From NCBI GenBank assembly GCA_043797125.1, contig JAZDPX010000014.1:1755-65754 (forward strand): 64,000 nt of DNA, in the 5' to 3' direction. The translations under genes were made by a program, and so were the position numbers. This DNA comes from Candidatus Omnitrophota bacterium (GTDB taxonomy: Bacteria > Omnitrophota > Gorgyraeia > JABMRG01 > JAFGKX01). The notes beneath the pieces were generated by a model. That model had not been told where the DNA came from. It saw nothing but the letters and a program-made list of their open reading frames with translations, and ran no database searches. Below, one piece after another: positions 59,235 to 64,000 of this stretch (position 1 is the first letter of the stretch; each line of letters starts with the position of its first letter).

Positions 59235-59931
59235 TTATACACTTTTAAGTGTTTTAATCCCAACGTATAATGAAGAAGAAATGATCGCAAAGGCCATAAA
59301 AAGAACCCTTGATGCGGTTCCCGGAGCCGAAATAGTAGTGGTCGATGATGGAAGTACGGATCAAACTATTTCTGTAGTTGAAGGCCTAAACCTGCCTGCC
59401 GTAAAAATAATAAAGACATCTGAAAATAAAGGCAAAGGCGCTGCTGTGAAAGAAGGCGTTAAATATATATCGAGGCCCATAACAGTTCAGATAGACGCTG
59501 ACCTGCAGTTTCTTCCTGAGGAGATACCTGACTTGATCGAGCCCATATCAAAAGGCAGCTCAGATATTGTTTTTGGCTCAAGATATCTAAATCCTAAGAC
59601 AATAGAAAGAGATTCTGTTTCGCCGATTAAGAGAATGGCGAGTTTGGTCACTTCTGTTTTGATTTCATGTTTATGTTTTAAACGCTATACTGATGTTTTT
59701 GCGGGCATGAAAGCGTGGAAATCACAGGTGATGCGCGATATTGATTTAAAAATTGATAATTTTGGTTATGAAGCCGAAATAGCCATAATGGCTAAAAAGA
59801 AAAGATATAGAATAATAGAGCTTCCGATTAGCTATAAGAAGAGAGCGTTGGGAGAGTCAAAAATAAGAATCGCAAGAGATACTTTTAAAGTTCTAAAAGC
59901 TATTTTTAGAACGGTTGTTTTCAGGGCTTAG
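59227..59931 (+). CDS. Family 2 glycosyltransferase (dolichol-phosphate-mannose synthase-like)
   Basis: LSVLIPTYNEEEMI, VVDDGSTDQT and QIDADLQ (DxD) motifs. Confidence 0.8.
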   Translation: MNNYTLLSVLIPTYNEEEMIAKAIKRTLDAVPGAEIVVVDDGSTDQTISVVEGLNLPAVKIIKTSENKGKGAAVKEGVKYISRPITVQIDADLQFLPEEIPDLIEPISKGSSDIVFGSRYLNPKTIERDSVSPIKRMASLVTSVLISCLCFKRYTDVFAGMKAWKSQVMRDIDLKIDNFGYEAEIAIMAKKKRYRIIELPISYKKRALGESKIRIARDTFKVLKAIFRTVVFRA

Positions 59932-59946
59932 GTATTGATTTTAAAT

Positions 59947-60846
59947 ATGGCACAAAGAGAACTGGAAGATATAAGCTGCAATTTTTGCAATTCCAAAAAC
60001 AATAAGACGATATACAAAGGCAGGTTTAATAAGCCATATTGCGAAGAAATGTTTTATCCTACCTCGGCAAGCTTTAAAACGGAAAATATAGTAAAATGTA
60101 AAAATTGTAGTCTAATTTTTACCAATCCCCGGCTTAAATCTGACCTATTGCTTAAATTTTATTCTGAGGGTCGGGATATTGATTATATTAAGCAGCAACA
60201 AGAGAGAACTCAAGTCTTCCGTAACGTAATAAAATATATTGAGAGTTTTTGTCCGGGCGGCAGAATGCTAGATATTGGTTGCGGAGCAGGTTTTTTGCTT
60301 TCCGCTGCCGCGGCAAAAGGCTGGGATGCGAAAGGAATAGAATTAAACAAATTTTTTGCAGATTTTGCAAGGGAAAGGTTAAAAATTAATGTAATAGGCG
60401 AAACAGCAGAAAAGGTAGATTTAGAACCTGATTATTTTGACGTTATTACAATGTGGGATTCATTAGAACACCTATTAGATCCCTATCTAGTGCTTTCAAA
60501 GGCCCATAGATGGCTTAAAAAAGGCGGTTACATATTTATTAATACGCCAGATATCAACTCTATTTTAGCCAAAATTTTCAAAAGCAAATGGTGGTTCATA
60601 GAGTCAATGCATTTGTACTACTTTAACCCTCAAATGATAAATATGTATTTTAAAAAAATTGGCTTTGAGTATTTGCAGAAAAAATCTCATATCCAAACTC
60701 TAAAACTATGTTATTTAGCTTCTAAGATAAAGCCATATTCAAAGCCTGCTTATAAAACAATAAATGCTGTTATAAGATTTATGAGGCTAGCAGATCTTAA
60801 TATTTCGTATTACGCAGGTCAGATTATTGTTATAGGACGGAAATAG
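59947..60846 (+). CDS. Class I SAM-dependent methyltransferase with N-terminal Cys4 zinc-ribbon
   Basis: CNFCNS...CKNCS ribbon; MLDIGCGAGFLL SAM-binding motif. Start taken at ATG 59947 (the track ORF starts at a TTG 12 nt upstream). Confidence 0.75.
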   Translation: MAQRELEDISCNFCNSKNNKTIYKGRFNKPYCEEMFYPTSASFKTENIVKCKNCSLIFTNPRLKSDLLLKFYSEGRDIDYIKQQQERTQVFRNVIKYIESFCPGGRMLDIGCGAGFLLSAAAAKGWDAKGIELNKFFADFARERLKINVIGETAEKVDLEPDYFDVITMWDSLEHLLDPYLVLSKAHRWLKKGGYIFINTPDINSILAKIFKSKWWFIESMHLYYFNPQMINMYFKKIGFEYLQKKSHIQTLKLCYLASKIKPYSKPAYKTINAVIRFMRLADLNISYYAGQIIVIGRK

Positions 60847-61949
60847 TGCTGTATCGTTCTAAAAATATAAACATATTATTTGAAGTCTTTTTTCTGGCAG
60901 TATTGCCACGGCTGCTTCTTATTGTCGTAAGCCTTTATGTATTTAAAATATCTTTTTTGCAATATACCATTGCAAGAGACGGCTCAGGCTATATAGCTCT
61001 TTCAAACGCCTTTTCCAGATTTGATATTTTGGATGTGAAAAAATTTGATACCAGACTTTTTCCTGGCTACCCGTTTCTAATGAGTATTTCGGGAAAATTC
61101 ATCGACTTTGGCGTAAGCGGGGTTATAATTAGTATAATATGCGCCTTTTTAGCGTGCTATCTCTACTTTTTGATTTTTAAGGACAAAACAACAACGAGGT
61201 TTTTTTGCTTGCTGCCCCCGGCATGGCTTATGAACACAACGTTAGTAATGACTGAGGGTTTGTCGATGGCTCTTATTTTGGGGTCATTGTATTTATTTTT
61301 TAGAAATAAACACATAAGCGCCTTATTGATTGCAGCCTTTGGAATAATAGTTAAGCCCGTTATTGTTTTTTTGTTTGCAATATACCTTCTGTTCTTGGCA
61401 AAAGATAAATCGTATAAAAAGCTTATTTTCGGCATTTGTTTATGCCTGCTTTTACTCTATTCTTATATGGTTTTTTGCAAGTACACATTCGGTGATATGC
61501 TCATAAATTACAATATATACAGGCACGCTTGGAGTTATGGCAGCTCAAAAATTTTTGTGCTGCCATATGCAGACATAATTAAAAACATTTTTGTCGCCGG
61601 CAGCTCTTTTTACAAAATTGAATTATGGAAAAAAACGTACATAATTTTTAATATATTATTTTTCATTACAGGCCTCTTTTTCCTCATAAGGATGTTTAAG
61701 GAGAGACGCGATAGGCTGTCATTTTTTTCGCTTTTATGGTGCATTGTTATTTTTATATTTGCCGGCTCGCTAGGAGGATGGAGCGGTTTTCATTGCTATG
61801 ATAGATATATATTACCCGCAATGCCGTTTTTATTCTACAGCATGAAGGACTTGTTCCCCAAAGGAAACATTACCCTATTTATAGCATTTATTATAAGCAT
61901 AGCTTGTTCATTAGCAGGAAATATGCACAGCTTTGCAATTTTTCGTTAA
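60846..61949 (+). CDS. Polytopic membrane protein, probably a GT-C-type glycosyl/mannosyltransferase
   Basis: ~11 predicted hydrophobic helices; GTG start overlapping the upstream stop; sits in a glycosylation-type gene cluster. Confidence 0.55.
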   Translation: MLYRSKNINILFEVFFLAVLPRLLLIVVSLYVFKISFLQYTIARDGSGYIALSNAFSRFDILDVKKFDTRLFPGYPFLMSISGKFIDFGVSGVIISIICAFLACYLYFLIFKDKTTTRFFCLLPPAWLMNTTLVMTEGLSMALILGSLYLFFRNKHISALLIAAFGIIVKPVIVFLFAIYLLFLAKDKSYKKLIFGICLCLLLLYSYMVFCKYTFGDMLINYNIYRHAWSYGSSKIFVLPYADIIKNIFVAGSSFYKIELWKKTYIIFNILFFITGLFFLIRMFKERRDRLSFFSLLWCIVIFIFAGSLGGWSGFHCYDRYILPAMPFLFYSMKDLFPKGNITLFIAFIISIACSLAGNMHSFAIFR

Positions 61950-61969
61950 TCTCTTTTCGCTTGATAGCA

Positions 61970-62386
61970 ATGAAAAACTATGAATTTTTAGAACATACTG
62001 CCGATTTTGGTATTAGAGTCTGGGGCAAAACACAAACAGAACTTTTCACTAATGCAGCAACTGGTATGTTCGAATACATTACAGATATATCCAAAGTTAA
62101 GCCAACCAAGACCATTGCCATGGAATTAGAATCAGATGACAGAAATGGGCTTCTGAAGGACTGGCTTTCTGAATTGCTTTATTACTGTAATGTTAAAAAC
62201 ATGCTTTTTTGCGAGTTTAAAATAGATGCAATAGACGATAAACGTATAGAATGCGAGCTTAAAGGCGAGCGAATAGATAAAAGCACATACAAATTGAATC
62301 ATGAAGTAAAGGCAGTGACCTTTCATAATTTGAATATAGAAGAAAAAGAAGGGCTATTGACGACCGAGATAATATTTGATGTATAG
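61970..62386 (+). CDS. Archease (RtcB activator)
   Basis: MKNYEFLEHTADFGIRVWGKTQTELF is the canonical archease N-terminus. Start set at 61970 (the track ORF has a 22-aa upstream extension). Confidence 0.8.
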   Translation: MKNYEFLEHTADFGIRVWGKTQTELFTNAATGMFEYITDISKVKPTKTIAMELESDDRNGLLKDWLSELLYYCNVKNMLFCEFKIDAIDDKRIECELKGERIDKSTYKLNHEVKAVTFHNLNIEEKEGLLTTEIIFDV

Positions 62387-63830
62387 CGGGCCATTAGAAA
62401 AAATAGACGATTACCGATGGCGGATACCCAAAAATAGCCAGGTTGGTATGCGCGTTGACGGTGTAATATACGCAAGCGATAAACTAATCCAGCAGATAAA
62501 GTCAGATAACGCGCTCCAGCAAGTTGCCAATGTAGCGACTTTGCCCGGAATTGTAAAATATTCCCTTGCCATGCCTGATATTCATTGGGGTTATGGCATG
62601 GCAATTGGTGGTGTTGCAGCAACTGATATTGAAAGAGATGGAGTAATTGCGCCTGGCGGAATTGGTTTTGACATAAATTGCGGCCTGCGTTTAGTTAAAA
62701 CAAATTTATTTGAAAAAGACATCGAAAAAAAGAAAAAAGATATAACATATGCGTTATATAATAATATTCCCGCAGGTGTGGGTTCGGAAGGAAAGATAAA
62801 AGTATCTGATAAGGAGCAAAGGCAGATTTTGCTAAAAGGCGCAAAATGGGCGCTATCCAAAGGATACGCAACGCAAAGCGATATTGAACATACAGAAGAA
62901 CAAGGCGCCATGGAAGGCGCTGATCCCGACGCTGTATCAGATAGGGCATACGAGCGAGGCAGGGCGCAATCAGGAACGCTTGGTTCAGGCAATCATTTTG
63001 TAGAAGTGCAGGCAGTAACTGATATTTACGATAAAGAGGCGGCAAATATTTTTGGTCTTGAGAAAAGCCAGATAACAATTATGATACATTCAGGCTCGCG
63101 AGGTTTTGGTTATCAGATATGTGATGAGTATTCCAGGAGCATGGTAAAGACGCTTTCAAAATACGGCATAAGCGTTCCTGATAGACAATTAGCTTGCGCG
63201 CCTGTAACTTCAGAAGACGGACAGAGGTATTTAGGCGCTATGAAATGTGCTGCTAATTATGCGTGGAATAACCGTCAGTGCCTTATGTATTTAGTAAGGC
63301 TCACATTTGAGAAGCTATTTAGCCAGAGCTGGCAGAATCTCGGAATGAGTTTAATATATGATGTTGCGCATAACATAGCCAAGATAGAAAAGCATAATGT
63401 GGATGGAAAAGAAATAACTGTTTGTGTGCATAGAAAAGGCGCTACAAGGGCATTTGGGCCAGGCAGCAGAGACATCCCTGATGTCTACAAAAAAATGGGC
63501 CAGCCTATAATTATCCCCGGGGATATGGGCAGAAGTTCATATCTGCTTGTTGGTACGCAAAAGGCAATGGATGAAACATTTGGCTCAACCTGCCATGGGG
63601 CAGGCCGTTGTTTATCCAGGACTGCGGCAATAGCAAAGTGCAACGTAAACCAGCTAAAGAAAGAATTAGAAGAAAAGGGCATCGTAGTAATGGCAGCCGG
63701 CAAAGGTACTATCGCGGAAGAGGCACCAATGGCTTACAAGGATGTGGACAAAGTCGTGGATGTGGTGCACAATGCAGGTATATCCAAGCGAGTATGCAGG
63801 ATGAAGCCGCTGTGTGTATTAAAAGGATAA
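62376..63830 (+). CDS. rtcB: RNA-splicing/repair ligase RtcB
   Basis: DIHWGYGMAIGGV, GIGFDINCG, SGNHFVE and HNHAG motifs; 484 aa. Confidence 0.9.
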   Translation: MMYSGPLEKIDDYRWRIPKNSQVGMRVDGVIYASDKLIQQIKSDNALQQVANVATLPGIVKYSLAMPDIHWGYGMAIGGVAATDIERDGVIAPGGIGFDINCGLRLVKTNLFEKDIEKKKKDITYALYNNIPAGVGSEGKIKVSDKEQRQILLKGAKWALSKGYATQSDIEHTEEQGAMEGADPDAVSDRAYERGRAQSGTLGSGNHFVEVQAVTDIYDKEAANIFGLEKSQITIMIHSGSRGFGYQICDEYSRSMVKTLSKYGISVPDRQLACAPVTSEDGQRYLGAMKCAANYAWNNRQCLMYLVRLTFEKLFSQSWQNLGMSLIYDVAHNIAKIEKHNVDGKEITVCVHRKGATRAFGPGSRDIPDVYKKMGQPIIIPGDMGRSSYLLVGTQKAMDETFGSTCHGAGRCLSRTAAIAKCNVNQLKKELEEKGIVVMAAGKGTIAEEAPMAYKDVDKVVDVVHNAGISKRVCRMKPLCVLKG

Positions 63831-63939
63831 CCCGCCTTCGTGTGGGTTGTAGTTCAGAATAGATAGCCTTCGGCGGGTTATCCGCCGTACGTTATCTACG
63901 CCGAAGTTCAAAAGCAAGGAAGGCGGATAAGGAGAGGTC

Positions 63940-64000
63940 ATGTTAGATATTAAGTTTATCAGAGAAAATACGGAAGCAGTTAAGAAAGGCCTGAAAGACA
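63940..64000 (+). CDS. serS: Seryl-tRNA synthetase, N-terminal fragment (truncated by window end)
   Basis: MLDIKFIRENTEAVKKGLKD matches the SerS N-terminus; GGAGAGG RBS upstream. Confidence 0.6.
   Translation, partial: MLDIKFIRENTEAVKKGLKD

Noticed and set aside
63831-63939. Structured region between rtcB and serS (CTTCGGCG...CGCCGAAG and TTATCCGCC...GGCGGATAA stems) as a T-box leader for serS
   Set aside because: No recognisable T-box consensus (AATTAGGGTGGNACCGCG) or specifier-loop architecture was found. Probably a terminator or ordinary leader hairpins.

Overview
The window reads as a low-GC (~40%), Gram-negative-type (diderm) bacterial chromosome segment. Its envelope genes include bamA, skp, lpxD, a lpxC-fabZ fusion, lpxI, lpxB and msbA. 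The first ~20 kb is one giant ORF of at least 6,616 aa (68..19918), and its reading frame stays open to the left edge of the window. It encodes a repetitive surface-type protein with about nine SBBP-like beta-propeller repeats, a Cna-B/carboxypeptidase-regulatory-like domain, and 6-7 long beta-helix-like tandem modules, several of them near-identical at the nucleotide level. Directly downstream (20.5-25.7 kb) is the most unusual locus: three consecutive paralogous genes for leader-bearing eukaryotic-type protein-kinase (ePK)-fold proteins. Their 5' ends (MKKI signal-like segment plus LRPMA motif) and 3' ends (AF-x-ECA-stop) are conserved at the nucleotide level, while their bodies carry different domains: a histidine-kinase-type GHKL ATPase plus kinase, a kinase alone, and a kinase plus GNAT acetyltransferase. 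These genes are framed by tandem heptanucleotide repeats, both between genes (RGTCNAT x4) and inside the coding leaders (CTTTACA x4). The rest of the window is mostly housekeeping:
- hisG
- an unannotated 31-aa basic bS22-like peptide
- a TPR protein
- a split transketolase interrupted by an FtsH-like protease and a lipoprotein
- ispE
- a SpoVG carrying a zinc-ribbon insertion
- two tandem tRNA-Gln(UUG) genes, the first holding a perfect 20-nt palindromic insertion in its T-arm
- clpX, glmU, prs
- rplY, pth, rpsF, ssb, rpsR, rplI
- dnaB, nadE, glnA
- rpsB, tsf, pyrH, frr
- tRNA-Lys(UUU)
- a LysW-like zinc-ribbon acidic carrier protein
- a response-regulator, glycosyltransferase and methyltransferase cluster
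- archease plus RtcB
- the 5' end of serS.
Several small intergenic repeat families are present. No transposases, CRISPR arrays or rRNA genes were seen. Gene starts were adjusted by eye from RBS and homology, and all family assignments are from motif recognition without database searches.
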